Shown in pieces: positions 45,301 to 54,247 of a DNA stretch of 64,000 bases. The translations under genes and the position numbers were made by a program. Under the pieces are notes generated by a model, which did not search any database, was not told the origin of the DNA, and saw nothing but the letters and a program-made list of their open reading frames with translations. Each line of letters begins with the position of its first letter. The stretch's first letter is position 1. Location: positions 64,001 through 128,000 of the IMG/VR virus record IMGVR_UViG_3300025117_000031. One strand, 5' to 3'. Origin of the DNA: a virus.

Positions 45301-47493
45301 GAATTTAAGACGATGCAGTCTGGAACTACGTATTATATGGATTTGATTCTGGCAAAAGATGGAATAGATATGGTAAGAAGCTCTGATGATAATTACCAAG
45401 GAAGATACTTTGGTCCTCCTTCACTGATTTATAATTTGACAGAAGTATCTTCTTCTGATTTTGCCAGCGCAAGTTTAACGAATGATTTGATGAAAAAAGA
45501 TCCATCCTTTATTCAATTTACTCCTCCGTATTATTACGGAGACTCTATTTGCAGAGTCTCTTTCTTGGCAGACGATACAAAGAAATATACTTTAGATGAG
45601 ATTTTAGCAGGATTACAAGTCGAAAGTTACGATAGAGAAAAAGAAGAGCTTTTTAGAGGAATTCATAGAGATTTAAGAACATATAAAGATGTTATTCTTA
45701 ATTTTGTTAATACAAAGCTGTTTACTAGCGGTACGGTTTTTACTAGTATAGGAGATTACACTCCGTTTATTAATGCGGATGGTTTTTTTGCCGCTTATGA
45801 TGTAAGCGGGAACGAGATTGCTGTTCAAAGATTTACGGGTTCGACATCGGTAGATGGAGAAATTATTATAGATTCCGGAAGCGCTAGCAGAAGGTCGATG
45901 TCAGCACAAGCTTTCTTTAGGGCAATTAATTTATTGCCGGTAGATGTTACAACTACATATGTAAATACATCTTCTGGTGAGTTATATGTTAGAGATTATT
46001 CCAATAATCAAAAGTTTGGGTACAGGATTTCCGGAACCAACTTGGCCGGCAGTGCTGCCTATCTGGAGAACTTAAAACCAGAAATGATTATTTCTGGTAG
46101 TGATTATGACAATTTTGATGGGTTAACAGTAGAAAATCTTCTAAGAGATAATTTCTATACGTATAGCACAGCTATAGTTGATTCTCTTTGGTATCAGATT
46201 TACTCTTTGTATAAAGATTCCGCAGCATATTCTGGTTCAATGCCGTTTGTGTCTTCTGTGGACATTTTTGGGAAGACAAGAGAAAAGGTAACAACTTATT
46301 CTGTGGGACAAGAAACTGGGGCTAGGACAACAGAAGATTCTGATTCTACCTCTTTTGATAGATGGGTTATTTCTACAAGATACGAGTGTCCCGTTCTGCA
46401 TGTAACGTCGTCAAACAGCAGCCAGGGTTCTTCTGTGTGGTCTAGTTATGGACAAATACCGACAGGCTCTGCTGGTCTTTACTTAAAGATAGAAGATAGT
46501 ATTCGAGGGATAGGGCAGACGACAAAGGTTGTACCAGAGTATCAAATATCTTTTGCTAACAGCACCTCTGATATTACTGTAGGTTCTTTGCTAGACGTTT
46601 GTGGTTTTACTCCGTCTAAGAAGAGGGTTGGCGAAGTTGCTTCGTTTAAGAAGTTTAAAGAAGCTGTTGTTGCAATACCGTTCCTTGACGAGCAAAGGAC
46701 ACAAGAGCCGGTAACGACCGAGATTGCTGGAAGGAACTTCTTTAAGATTTCTCGTCAGAAGCTTGAGGAGCAGAGGAGAAGGGTTTCTGAAGGTAGAATG
46801 GTTGTTGAAGAGTCAATGAAGCAAAGAAAGACAACTAGCATTACCAGAATGGTGGAAAAGATGAAGAACTATATTATTCCACCTGAATTTGACTTTGGTA
46901 CATACTCTGATATGGAACCGTTTGCAATGTATATTTTTGAAATTGAGCATACGTTTACAAAAGATGACTTGGCTTTGATCTGGCAGGGTTTGATGCCGGA
47001 ATCTTCTAGAAGAGCAGAAAAAGTAGAAACCTCTATTTCTCATCCGTTTGACGAATATGAGTTCTTTAATGAAGAGGGAATTCCTGAAAATACACGGTGG
47101 ATGGTGTTTAAAGTAAAACAAAAGGCAGAGAAGAACTACTTTAAAGTAACAGAAAACAATAAAGATGACGACAGATTTATTTTTGATTTCCAAGTTGGTC
47201 GTAAGGAACCGGAATATTCTTATAACTGGCCGTATGACTTCTGTTCCTTGGTAGAGTTGGGAGAAATAGAAGCAGACTTAATTATTCGTCCTTCTATCGA
47301 GCAAATTCAGGCTGAAGGAATAAATGTTCCTAGAGCAGATAGCATGGCTGGAGCAGAGACGGATTCTGATGGTGGGAAGAAAAAGGAAATGGACAATCCT
47401 CCGCAGAATATCGTTGTTGCCTCTTCGGAAGAACAAGAAGGTCCGCCGACGGTTGGTATGTTCGAAAACTTAGGAGATAAGAGAAGGAGATGA
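36322..47493 (+). CDS. Giant baseplate/receptor-binding protein (3723 aa) with LamG-like domains, wedge-type KGT motif, Asp-box and FG-GAP beta-propellers
   Basis: IEFWLK...WRHY...LDEFRFW (LamG-like), LKSKGTEKSVRNLIRCFG, SSNGYTW / SADQGLTW Asp-boxes, repeated (Y/F)G.(A/S)VA..G blades. Confidence 0.75.
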   Translation: MAIKDLFSRSQLKNLKLTSKSEIEDKLESTNYPSAYNYDKSLFVPHVDFDDLASWCKYGSAERYFADSFLKIQEFYPFDGSKTEKQEFLNSGSFVDSWIFDKIYPRTTGYANFSSDNVITITSTGAISSKTINIVSNPEYIYLKGGPNLGDANSYLGANLFSEDDERASNLRFGGSSGNYIEFWLKRGITGSNSEVVFSLNDYYSQYFTILLNNSGSSAFSIASVCSGSASQNVIDLTGYTAAQAFDNNWRHYGFKLSNHATANTFTIEFFVGDDSVSSTTGSGKFIDCVNYVHATIGGLIGSGSFATGSGKLSGSLDEFRFWKSARTNEEIGQNWFSTVDGGANTDDASTDIGVYYKFNEGVFSSSSIHATDRIVLDYSGRLSHGAWSGSLSTSRSTGSAIDSYFGKETEYKEPILYSTNPYVAAKAAEMANSGSIHDVSNNSWVYNDIPGWILEEDQEQEDYSLRNLTQIIGSYFDHLYLQVNAVSSLNDVHYSNDDEKPYPFNDKRLESLGVKVPDIFIDSTLLESLIGRSNEEDFEEKIYNVKNRIYENIYNNITNVLKSKGTEKSVRNLIRCFGTDEEVVKLNLYSDNTEYSLKNNTTETARKVNLLSLDDADNFGVSLIQATSSLTDDDLEYITGSTGFNYIPFTLEAGVVFPKRADVDSELFYSAPFVSSSLFGIKNYSTNNSIFKVLFVKEAIDSKNGYWLLTSSVFSTQLTSSVYSNVYDNEYWSFGVGLYPNSQDASNITSTTYWLDFYGVNYCGDIKQNSFNVSASISQVLATSSLQTSRRIYAGAARTNFTGSIEQYSDVKFANIRYFQKKLQTEEIDAHARDPFNYGVLNPSREMEKESNLQESQALALNWEFGTGSLSALTYGGISYYGINVTDYSSGSYVYLHNGSVDNVVERHYPGIAIFFTSGTTPQVREHILAGRQQLPESLSSGDMVSILSNDDEYFTRDSRPVKYFWALEKSIYQNVSEEILKFFAGVVDFNNLIGEPVNRYREEYKSLAKLRKIFFERIGNTPSVEKYLNYYKWIDSSIGQMVQQLIPATADFSEEMRTVVESHVLERNKYQTPYPTMEFKTEEPEAHAYGVNELLYNWGETHANRPPLFNTVSTLYPATEKMPYEAVYLTKGYVPEISGSGIHGYLYHNTTSDLDKIKRIYLNGNNWVTGATEETFLMRGFVSHATQNIFLAVSTASSTGDDIYTAGATYYVNSGSGWVKSPETFGSQKKSPPIYLSTIDAFVTKTYNAATSSFYTSSNGYTWGEVVDSRESGLSPNNAAYLLFHHAGLNRLYLFAIATETTVDVRYTNPVTLVPATTCTGPSSLDQNAGLRAVDYFSDNKMAFVMDKGAQDWGANFYFYTSSLDGNSFGYVNETGYIPYGIGVRLFWTLAANKDRSKMLVYGVNQGTTYGYTNMVYLMSRESTDLTLIRYDTYNCSVNSEWITNPWAFVDENDIFYICNASGSAGAESVQISSSADQGLTWGNSTHSVVTDLDGTADMWRWKKQRAEGGFSEIASGDPSVNSNKTQLKYTMFSNVSGSTFAKRHFSVVTEPSSTYIKTLTGSLNSSPFTSIENIKVSSSTHQFYTVPSGYSSSIATGHEPDRKNIIGNYSHDYEIVNVSGRYNQRPDMVASGAHNGGYFVSDLGMVPAEIYTSGTVVDHYDIVTSSVVAVSSSDFSSCAYQNLSYYPDEYEGPNGEVSSSTGFSADGVALTTHGMAYPGDFWFNSGSVLWVRIIARTADSSSYPWIYSFYDYGEIAWDIPYCYFDLTSGSGAIGSSSVAVVTSSITELGNAFYDCRYAFTATRNVGLADSNYVKIYYAQASEDYSVTGTALRLDQFILHNVSVDVSGSSSIPVYSSWTSSYLSGESPNNFAPFKGVDKYCFRTLFSSPGEKKTLTKIWLDPVAEELSTHNAQPFRNLEVRQEYDTSLQLHMVSGGLSTTGVANVHKTNCNPLRTVVVNPTEILQERYDNGFVSHQIPRSIYGYSWISGSTTQPTTGSMVLEFQEVSGTTNLVNWVGTASLNVRTKENEISTTTNTLTHNASWQTGSWSPYQWASWEQIRAGEGPVARALRKENIYSVEDPSKERIFVDSQGREKHFFDNRADSFTNYYEPVVTWNKPITHIVEDINKNIVSFTYPYRNLKEHFANQKLANRLNVGECSIPIYETCLNLYKLGEHKFVSIYSPEIIYPKHENVGFDMIHARNYYDDSTSSGIKGSDRITFWKDTEDDRTQSNFVNSLGFNMGIGSVWALEDGSGSSPYGELASMGETRTKDLIAYGRTGIPSLQFCYDVYLSGSTLKESGTNYTANSESGINPFYNSYDKYSDEIRPMGARYTILPEFRISEHMGWYINEAGGDFRKKNRGILTAVGTNVSSSMYNSSRTTANEEFYKIYSHSDMMKAFNEVYDDHKKQKDKVREFSMTFRGIKKLLPYNGFYPVQRSVQLGNLLSQSYAPYISWDTNKSNKESAIQSLIQPFYAPGIFYNTVKSGIAVDWPIMTGTTGDEDDFSVNYYSGTIKNYSGYRMPFESIIDPSYALPLSSSNNSSREGRMYLLSPDYEETLVAKLEQEITGTASSLFSYDMKLDRDNSQFVVGTFRDTTDPTGSVQVFNYTSGTWTKHSDLIPTGTIVSGDKYGSAVAIYGDEAFVGSYASDISGETGAGRVLYFKKQTNIWQCVQEITASDFTGSGVFGRALSFDGTTLAVGANIYGGGDTLEGRAYILQSGSSGYVEVAEFSSSVEPDDGAYGGKVLVSGTWAFVSEYGGAGTPTIGKIYIYKTNGVDPWSLLQAISASDGGADDYFGVSVAISGTKTSVDGYGSQLAVGSYYTYEDGQQAGSVYLYELDYLRGWIEKQKIVSGESGTGDLFGASVDFCDGLMIVGATGLDDAASNAGGVYLYEKENGYYYFREKISDGFAANDVVGSKVAVSGSQLFAGAHGADKIFIYSGEYVGSAYPFISWDGENKTDYSLASNNFFAESSRFFLKDEKFTSFVSKKESEFKTMQSGTTYYMDLILAKDGIDMVRSSDDNYQGRYFGPPSLIYNLTEVSSSDFASASLTNDLMKKDPSFIQFTPPYYYGDSICRVSFLADDTKKYTLDEILAGLQVESYDREKEELFRGIHRDLRTYKDVILNFVNTKLFTSGTVFTSIGDYTPFINADGFFAAYDVSGNEIAVQRFTGSTSVDGEIIIDSGSASRRSMSAQAFFRAINLLPVDVTTTYVNTSSGELYVRDYSNNQKFGYRISGTNLAGSAAYLENLKPEMIISGSDYDNFDGLTVENLLRDNFYTYSTAIVDSLWYQIYSLYKDSAAYSGSMPFVSSVDIFGKTREKVTTYSVGQETGARTTEDSDSTSFDRWVISTRYECPVLHVTSSNSSQGSSVWSSYGQIPTGSAGLYLKIEDSIRGIGQTTKVVPEYQISFANSTSDITVGSLLDVCGFTPSKKRVGEVASFKKFKEAVVAIPFLDEQRTQEPVTTEIAGRNFFKISRQKLEEQRRRVSEGRMVVEESMKQRKTTSITRMVEKMKNYIIPPEFDFGTYSDMEPFAMYIFEIEHTFTKDDLALIWQGLMPESSRRAEKVETSISHPFDEYEFFNEEGIPENTRWMVFKVKQKAEKNYFKVTENNKDDDRFIFDFQVGRKEPEYSYNWPYDFCSLVELGEIEADLIIRPSIEQIQAEGINVPRADSMAGAETDSDGGKKKEMDNPPQNIVVASSEEQEGPPTVGMFENLGDKRRR

Positions 47494-48467
47494 AATTCTT
47501 AGAAAAAAAAGAAAGAGTAATTGATTTTAAACTTACTCCTTACGGTAAATCAGCTCTTGCGAGAGGTGAATTTCGTCCCATTGGATATGATTTTTATGAT
47601 GACGATATCATATATGATGAAGATTACGCTTCTTCGGCAGACGAAACACAGAATGCAATACAGGACAGGATTTTAGAGGGCATCGAACGGCTAGAGGTGC
47701 AAACGATTTTTTCTGGGAGAGAGACACAAATCTCTAGAAAGGCAGAACAGATACGGTCTGAAAGCCAAGGACAGACTTTTTCTGATAGGCCGATTGTTTT
47801 GTCGGAAGACAAGAATTATTTCATGGCTCTTCCCATAGGGTCTTCAGATAGAACCAGAGAGTATTCGCCTGCGTGGAACATTGTTATGACAGGAGGGGAA
47901 TTTACTGGTTCAGTATCGTATTTTTCTTCTTCTTATTCTTCTTTGGTAAAAATACCTCAGCTTACAACTAAAGATTATAATTATGATATTGTTATCAGAA
48001 AGGGAAATCCTCCTTCAATGGAAGAGGGTGTTTCTAGACCGAGTCAAGGAGAGGTTGTATATTCTGACGATATGTCAAAAATAAAAATGTTTGACAATCA
48101 GTTTGATGATGGTTCTTTTATAGAAATAATTGGGGATTGTTTTCTAACTGACATTATGGAAGAAAACGTAAGAGATGAAAAAGAGAATTTTGATTTGGAA
48201 GTTTATATAGTTGAGTCAGGTACTAGTGGTAAGGACGTGTTGGTTCCTCTTAGTTTCGCTAAAAAACAAGAAAGATTTGTCGATGGGATCTTGTTGGACG
48301 AGCAAGAAGTTTCATGTGAAGATATAAAAATAGACTCATCTTTTGTGGAGTATTATTTTGATGTTTTTGTGGATAAAGAGATAGAAGAAGTTAAGACAAG
48401 TCCGCAAAAAACCGAGAAGTTGCGTAATTACAAAGGAAAGATTGGGAAAATATGCCCAGAGGACTAA
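47490..48467 (+). CDS. Putative tail/baseplate structural protein (N-terminus paralogous to 54301 gene)
   Basis: IDFKLTPYGKSALA...FYDDDIIY resembles LDAVLTDAGRKRLA...FDDEIDY. Confidence 0.55.
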   Translation: MKFLEKKERVIDFKLTPYGKSALARGEFRPIGYDFYDDDIIYDEDYASSADETQNAIQDRILEGIERLEVQTIFSGRETQISRKAEQIRSESQGQTFSDRPIVLSEDKNYFMALPIGSSDRTREYSPAWNIVMTGGEFTGSVSYFSSSYSSLVKIPQLTTKDYNYDIVIRKGNPPSMEEGVSRPSQGEVVYSDDMSKIKMFDNQFDDGSFIEIIGDCFLTDIMEENVRDEKENFDLEVYIVESGTSGKDVLVPLSFAKKQERFVDGILLDEQEVSCEDIKIDSSFVEYYFDVFVDKEIEEVKTSPQKTEKLRNYKGKIGKICPED

Positions 48468-48470
48468 AGA

Positions 48471-51400
48471 ATGTCTTTTTTTGAAAGTAATGCTCTAATT
48501 AACAACCTTATTCCCAAGATAGTAATAGAGACTATAGAACTTTCCGATAGAAGAAGTGCAAGTAATTTCATTGAAGAACCGCACATTGTAGTTGGCGGAG
48601 AAGGACTGATAAGTAATTCTGAGGGTGTTTTGAGGGTTAGGGTGGTTCTGTCTCTTACGGAAGTTCTAGACGAAGTAATGTCGCAGATTTTTGATGGGCA
48701 GGACTTTAAAAAATATCTTAGTGTTGTTGTTCAGCAAAGACTTGGGGCAAGAGATAAAAACAAAACTCTCTCTTTGGCTCAAGGCACCAAAGACTTTTCA
48801 GCCTACAGTGTAGATTCTGATGGGAATGAAGTAATAAAGTTGATCTATGATGTAGAATTTGAGAATACCGAGAGGGATATAAAAGATCTTAGTATCTTGG
48901 TTGTTCCTATGTTTAATGACCAGGCTTTTTCGGAAGACTTTGGGTTTAGACTAGGACTTGATCCAGAATTGAGGAAAAATTTTTTAGAAGAGAAAATAAT
49001 AAAAGACTCTATTATCGTTTCTAAAAAAACGCAAGACTTTAGAATCTCCGAAAAGATATACAAATCTGAAACGGACACTTCGGATGTTACAAACATCTTG
49101 AATCAAGAGGTTCTTAAGTTTGATCGTGGGGCTTCGACCTTTAATGTATCTTCTGCATGTTCTTATGTGACATCTTTAAAGACGTCTAGAGATTATGTTG
49201 GTAACTGCAGATTTTTATTTGGAGTTGATTATAGGAACTTTGTTTCGGACAACTCTCTTTATGGCAAATTCTTTGAAAAGGAGATTTTTGACGGCCCTTC
49301 GACCTTTGGGAACTACTTTAAAATTCTTTCTTTGAAAGTCTTAAGAAGGCGAGTAGAAGCCGTTACTTCTCACAATAGAATTAATTCTCCGGAAGAAGGA
49401 TTTATCGTTTTTTCAGATGATCCGAAAGAGATAACGGTAGCTTTGTCGGGAGAACAAGAGTTCAAAAAGTTTATTGCAGTTGATGACAAAGACGGCTCTT
49501 TGAGAGAAGTAAATCTGTTTTTCCAGTCGGAAGACTTAACTGACGATGCGAGATTTTTTACAGGGACAGATAAGGTAATAAAAGACGAAACAAACGGCAT
49601 TTATCAATATGGAATAGAGATGGTAGTTGAAGATAAATCGAGAGAGATTTTTAAGGACTACTACAACAAGCTTGAGAGTGCTTATAATGCTTTAAAGAAA
49701 TATCTTCTTGTTGCAGAGATTACGGGCAAAAGCAGACTTCTTTTTGCTATTGATGAGCCACATATTGTAAGAGAAGACGAAAGAGCAGAATCATTAGAAA
49801 ACATTCGTGGTAATTACGATGTTTATTCGAATAAGTTTACAGAAGATTTTGCGGATTCTAACATACGGAGATATTCTACTCATCAAGAAACTGCCCCCTG
49901 GGTTGAGTCGATAGCACAATATCTTGTGGTTTTAAAGAGATTTTCTTCTATAACCGACGAGAGAGCAAAAGAACTTTCAAGAGGGTTATTTGACCTCGTT
50001 CACCCTAGAAAAGCCAACCCAGACAGCATTAGATTTGTAATGGATTTAATTTCCACTTTGGCAAGAGAAATATATTCAAAAATTGACACCATAGGGGACG
50101 TGGTTTTAGGTGATGGAACAAGAACAAACCCGCAGGGTGTTATGTTTAAGCAAATTGAACTAAAAACATGGTTCAAAGACGGAGTTTTTAACGCAGATAC
50201 TGATAAAGTTTCAGGATTTGACTACCTTTCAATCACGGGGGACTTAGAACAAGAGGCAAAAGACAGAAGTCTTGGGTTGCGAATAATAAAAAGCGGAGAT
50301 TATGAAAAGAGAGCTAAGGCAGAGATTCATAAATACTTTGCCACAGAAAACGAAGATATAAACATTACTGTTGACGGGCAAGTTATATCTTCTGGGGATT
50401 CTATAGAGAGCAAAAAATATGGGGTTTTGTCTCCTTCGGTTGTCCGGACAAATAATCCCGGAACAACTAAAATCCTAACTACTGTGAGTTTTTATCCGGG
50501 AAGCGATTTGGCACAGCAGATTGTTGACATGGAAATAACAACGGTTCATAAAAACTCTTCCGAGACAGAAAATACGGTTGTTTCTGACGATGGAGCTGCT
50601 TCGGATTCTGAGGCTGCAGCAAACAATAATGCTCAAATGGCAGACATTTTATATGTTGCTGGAGTTACGGTGAACGATGTTTTTTCTTTTGGGAATTCTT
50701 TCCCTTCGCAGGAAGAAAGAACAAATAAAACAACTCCAGAGAGCAAAGACAGCACGCAAACATATAGGAGCGAAGACACAGAAAGTGAGAAAATAGATCC
50801 TTCTGTTGCCGACGAAACTAAATGCGCTCTTCCCAGGGGAGTTAAAGATAGAATATTGGTATCTAATCCCAATCAGACAATGTATACGATGATTAATCAA
50901 ATGGATATGACGGCCATGGCATATGGGGCGGCGGCTCCTTCTACAATAGCTATGGATAGACCGGATCATAAAAAGATTATTTCTGGGAAAGGCAAGGCGG
51001 AAATAAAAGCGAATACTATTGAGAATTTTGATTTAACTCTACAAGATAACATTGTCAATGTGGCAAAAAGGAATCCTTATGCTGCTGCCGCATTGACCAA
51101 GAAAAGTTGGGAAGAGAGTAAGAATATTTCTACTTCTGAGATTTTAAGAACTTTGCCCAATCAGATAAAGAGCTTGTTTTTAGGCTCGACAAATCCCGAA
51201 AGAGTTAAGACGGTTTGGGCGGGAAAAAGCTCTAACATGGCAAATCCGATGAGGAATTACTCTTCTCCAGACTCGAGTCTTTTTAGAATGAACTATAATA
51301 TGCTCGGCGTGATAGAGGTTTTTGAGGGCTTTGAGAAGACAGAAAATTCCAACTCTTCTATTAAACACGAGAAGTGGTCGATGTTGGCCATAGAGTCTTT

Positions 51401-52004
51401 TAATAATTCAGTTGGGAAAGAACTTCTTTGCAGAATAAAGCCATATCAGAATGAGATTCTGGGCCTTACCAGAGAACAAAGACTTGAGCTTGGCGTTTTT
51501 AACGAATATTTCTTAATAAAGCCGGAAAGAAAAACAGTTGTGCAGCCTCCGCCCTCCTTCCCTCCTACGGAAAGACCAGAATTAACTCCTGCGCTGCCTA
51601 CGATTGTAGAAGAGACGACTCCGCAACAGGCGGATGCTGAAAATTATGGTCCTTCTCCTGGAGAATTCTTTGGGAATCAAAACGAAGAGGAAGAGGTTAC
51701 TACTCCGTTTGAGGAAGGTCTGGAGAACGGTACAATACAATCTACCATAGGTGACGTGGAGGTTGCGGGAGAAGAAGAGGTTACTACTGCTTTCGAAGAG
51801 GGTATAGAAGAGGGTACAATACAATCTACTATTGGGGACGTACAGGTTCAAGAAGAAGAATTTGTTCCCCCCTATGCGCAGACTGCAGAAGATGCTGAAA
51901 TAGTTTCAACGTTAGTTGGATTAACAGTGGAAGAAGAAAGCGCTTTAGAACAAAGAGCGGCAGAGCTTGAACAGCAAATGAATTCTAGCAAGAGAAGGAA
52001 ATAA
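48471..52004 (+). CDS. Large hypothetical structural protein with acidic repeat tail
   Basis: 1177-aa ORF in the structural operon. Confidence 0.6.
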   Translation: MSFFESNALINNLIPKIVIETIELSDRRSASNFIEEPHIVVGGEGLISNSEGVLRVRVVLSLTEVLDEVMSQIFDGQDFKKYLSVVVQQRLGARDKNKTLSLAQGTKDFSAYSVDSDGNEVIKLIYDVEFENTERDIKDLSILVVPMFNDQAFSEDFGFRLGLDPELRKNFLEEKIIKDSIIVSKKTQDFRISEKIYKSETDTSDVTNILNQEVLKFDRGASTFNVSSACSYVTSLKTSRDYVGNCRFLFGVDYRNFVSDNSLYGKFFEKEIFDGPSTFGNYFKILSLKVLRRRVEAVTSHNRINSPEEGFIVFSDDPKEITVALSGEQEFKKFIAVDDKDGSLREVNLFFQSEDLTDDARFFTGTDKVIKDETNGIYQYGIEMVVEDKSREIFKDYYNKLESAYNALKKYLLVAEITGKSRLLFAIDEPHIVREDERAESLENIRGNYDVYSNKFTEDFADSNIRRYSTHQETAPWVESIAQYLVVLKRFSSITDERAKELSRGLFDLVHPRKANPDSIRFVMDLISTLAREIYSKIDTIGDVVLGDGTRTNPQGVMFKQIELKTWFKDGVFNADTDKVSGFDYLSITGDLEQEAKDRSLGLRIIKSGDYEKRAKAEIHKYFATENEDINITVDGQVISSGDSIESKKYGVLSPSVVRTNNPGTTKILTTVSFYPGSDLAQQIVDMEITTVHKNSSETENTVVSDDGAASDSEAAANNNAQMADILYVAGVTVNDVFSFGNSFPSQEERTNKTTPESKDSTQTYRSEDTESEKIDPSVADETKCALPRGVKDRILVSNPNQTMYTMINQMDMTAMAYGAAAPSTIAMDRPDHKKIISGKGKAEIKANTIENFDLTLQDNIVNVAKRNPYAAAALTKKSWEESKNISTSEILRTLPNQIKSLFLGSTNPERVKTVWAGKSSNMANPMRNYSSPDSSLFRMNYNMLGVIEVFEGFEKTENSNSSIKHEKWSMLAIESFNNSVGKELLCRIKPYQNEILGLTREQRLELGVFNEYFLIKPERKTVVQPPPSFPPTERPELTPALPTIVEETTPQQADAENYGPSPGEFFGNQNEEEEVTTPFEEGLENGTIQSTIGDVEVAGEEEVTTAFEEGIEEGTIQSTIGDVQVQEEEFVPPYAQTAEDAEIVSTLVGLTVEEESALEQRAAELEQQMNSSKRRK
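51687..51854 (+). repeat. Two-copy 84-bp in-frame tandem repeat
   Basis: EEEVTTPFEEGLENGTIQSTIGDVEVAG / EEEVTTAFEEGIEEGTIQSTIGDVQVQE. Confidence 0.85.
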
Positions 52005-52006
52005 AA

Positions 52007-54229
52007 ATGGATAAAAAGAACAATCTCCAACCTGGAATTCCTTCTATCATATTAGACGAATATCGTTCTGAAGATGAACCAATTGCGTTGAACGATTCGG
52101 GGGAGCCGGTTGCTCCTTCCGGGATAGGGATTACAACAACTCCTAATATCCAAACTGTTACCATGGTAGAGCCCGGCCCGCAAACAGCTTTTGAGGTTTG
52201 TAAGTGGTATGATGTCTTACCAAAGAGTGAATTTAGAAGTGGAGAAGACTTTTTATATGCTGATTGGGCTTCATTTTTGAATTCAATAGTTTTTAATCAA
52301 GAATACTATAATTTTGACTTTGTTTTGCCTCGACCGCAAAGGGTTACAGAGAAGGACACATCAAATGTTGTTTCTCCGTACTATTATTCTGCGAAGTCAC
52401 AATATAACTTCTTTGTAGATGGATATGAAACAGCAATAGAGTCTGTTCCGGAAAGACTGCTGCCAAATTCTTATGTGTTTGATATTCACAGCTATTCTTC
52501 CAAGGTAAATAAAAGATTTGAAGCTTTGATTACTCTTTCAAAAAATATTGAGTACAAAGTTAAGAACCCTACTGGAGAATATTTTGATTTATACAAGAAG
52601 AAGATTGCATCTTATGCTTTAACAGAAGCGGCAAACATTGTTGGCGACATGTACAAGAACACAATTTTTCCTCTTGCAGATATAGAAGGATTTATGTCTA
52701 GGGAAACAGATAAATGGTCTTTCCCTATGTTTAATTCTGTTGATTTTTCAACAGATGTGTCGACTGAAGTGGCAGAGCTATTGGCAAAAACGGGTCTTAT
52801 GAACATTTTAATGTCTAATATCTCTTCTTGTGTCGAAACTGGTAATTTTTTTACGAATCAGAGAATGAAGATTAGTGGCCAAGACGTTAATTTAAGGTCT
52901 TTTAACATAATGGTTTGGTTTGACGTTCTAAAAAGCTTATTGGATGGCGACGTGGAAGATGAGATATTTAGAACGTTTTCTGGGAAAGAAACAGACACAA
53001 CGTCTTACATAAGCGAGAGAGCGTTTAGAGAGGGGATTTTTGCAGATCCTAAATATAAACTAAATTTTTCTGTGTCTTTGTTTTTGTTTGCGAAGAAAAT
53101 AGAATACATTTTAAAAGACAGAGCAAGAAGCTTTTTGGACGTCTTTAATAAACAGAAAGCTCCCTCTGAGACCATCCTCTATCGTATTGAAAAAACAGAT
53201 AGCGAAGGGGTAATACAGAACTATTATTTGCCAAACAGCAACAAAATTGACATTTTAAAGTTTGTAGACACTCAAGTAAAGTATGCAAAGAGATACAAAT
53301 ACAAAGTATATGCTTATCAATTCGTTTTGGGTACAAAATACAAGTTTTTTGATGCTCAAAATAACGGTACAAGTGGAAGAATTTGCGTGCAAGATGAGAC
53401 TGTTGTGAGAATTTTAGAGGTTCCCTACTTTGAACAGGAACTAATGGTTTATGACGCTCCGCCCGTTTCTCCAGAGGTTGTTTTTTGGCCCTATAAGGAC
53501 ATAAATAACAGAGTTTCTATTGTTATGAACGGCGGTTTGGGCACAAGAGAAGAAAAACCTGTGATTTTGGAGATTTCCGACGAAGAGCAAGAAAGAAAAA
53601 TGCGAGAAGTTCAGGAAATTCCTGAGAAAGAAGAGAAAATCACGTATTCGTCGGATGATAATGTTGTGCTCTTTGACATTTATAGAATTGAAAAGCATCC
53701 AGAAAAATATGAAGACTTCAGAAACAATAGAGTTTCTAGGGTTTCTACTTCAATTTCGTCTATAACCAACGACAAAGCGACCTCTGCTACTTTCAAAGAT
53801 GAAATTGAGCCAAATAAGAAATATTATTATGTGGTTAGGACTGTGGATGTGCATAGCCATGTGTCCAATCCGAGTCCAATTTTTCAAGTTGAGATGGTAG
53901 ATGATGGTGGTACTGTTTGGCTTTTAACAGAATGTGTTGAATTGAAGAAAACCGCTGAAAGACAGAAGAGTATTTCCTTCAGGAAAAAGCTTCATATGGT
54001 TCCCTCGTTGAAACAGGTGCTTGTGGATCTTGAAAAAAACGGCCTTTCTGGAGTTGAAACTGGGTTTGCAGCAAAAGATATCGTTTTGGGGGTAACAGAA
54101 GATTCTGTTTGGGGGAAAACCTTTAAAATTCGTATTGTTAGCAAGCAATCTAATCGAAAGATAGATTTTAATGTATCTTTTGTTCCGAGATTTGATCGGA
54201 ATACGACAAAAATAGAGGAGAATAAATAA
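52007..54229 (+). CDS. Hypothetical structural protein with FN3/Ig-like segments
   Basis: FVDTQVKYAKRYKYKV and FKDEIEPNKKYYYVVRTVD..SNPS. Confidence 0.6.
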   Translation: MDKKNNLQPGIPSIILDEYRSEDEPIALNDSGEPVAPSGIGITTTPNIQTVTMVEPGPQTAFEVCKWYDVLPKSEFRSGEDFLYADWASFLNSIVFNQEYYNFDFVLPRPQRVTEKDTSNVVSPYYYSAKSQYNFFVDGYETAIESVPERLLPNSYVFDIHSYSSKVNKRFEALITLSKNIEYKVKNPTGEYFDLYKKKIASYALTEAANIVGDMYKNTIFPLADIEGFMSRETDKWSFPMFNSVDFSTDVSTEVAELLAKTGLMNILMSNISSCVETGNFFTNQRMKISGQDVNLRSFNIMVWFDVLKSLLDGDVEDEIFRTFSGKETDTTSYISERAFREGIFADPKYKLNFSVSLFLFAKKIEYILKDRARSFLDVFNKQKAPSETILYRIEKTDSEGVIQNYYLPNSNKIDILKFVDTQVKYAKRYKYKVYAYQFVLGTKYKFFDAQNNGTSGRICVQDETVVRILEVPYFEQELMVYDAPPVSPEVVFWPYKDINNRVSIVMNGGLGTREEKPVILEISDEEQERKMREVQEIPEKEEKITYSSDDNVVLFDIYRIEKHPEKYEDFRNNRVSRVSTSISSITNDKATSATFKDEIEPNKKYYYVVRTVDVHSHVSNPSPIFQVEMVDDGGTVWLLTECVELKKTAERQKSISFRKKLHMVPSLKQVLVDLEKNGLSGVETGFAAKDIVLGVTEDSVWGKTFKIRIVSKQSNRKIDFNVSFVPRFDRNTTKIEENK

Positions 54230-54247
54230 AATTCTTTGATTTCTTCA

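Noticed and set aside
36322-47493. Diversity-generating retroelement target
   Set aside because: No reverse transcriptase and no template/variable repeat pair seen in the window.
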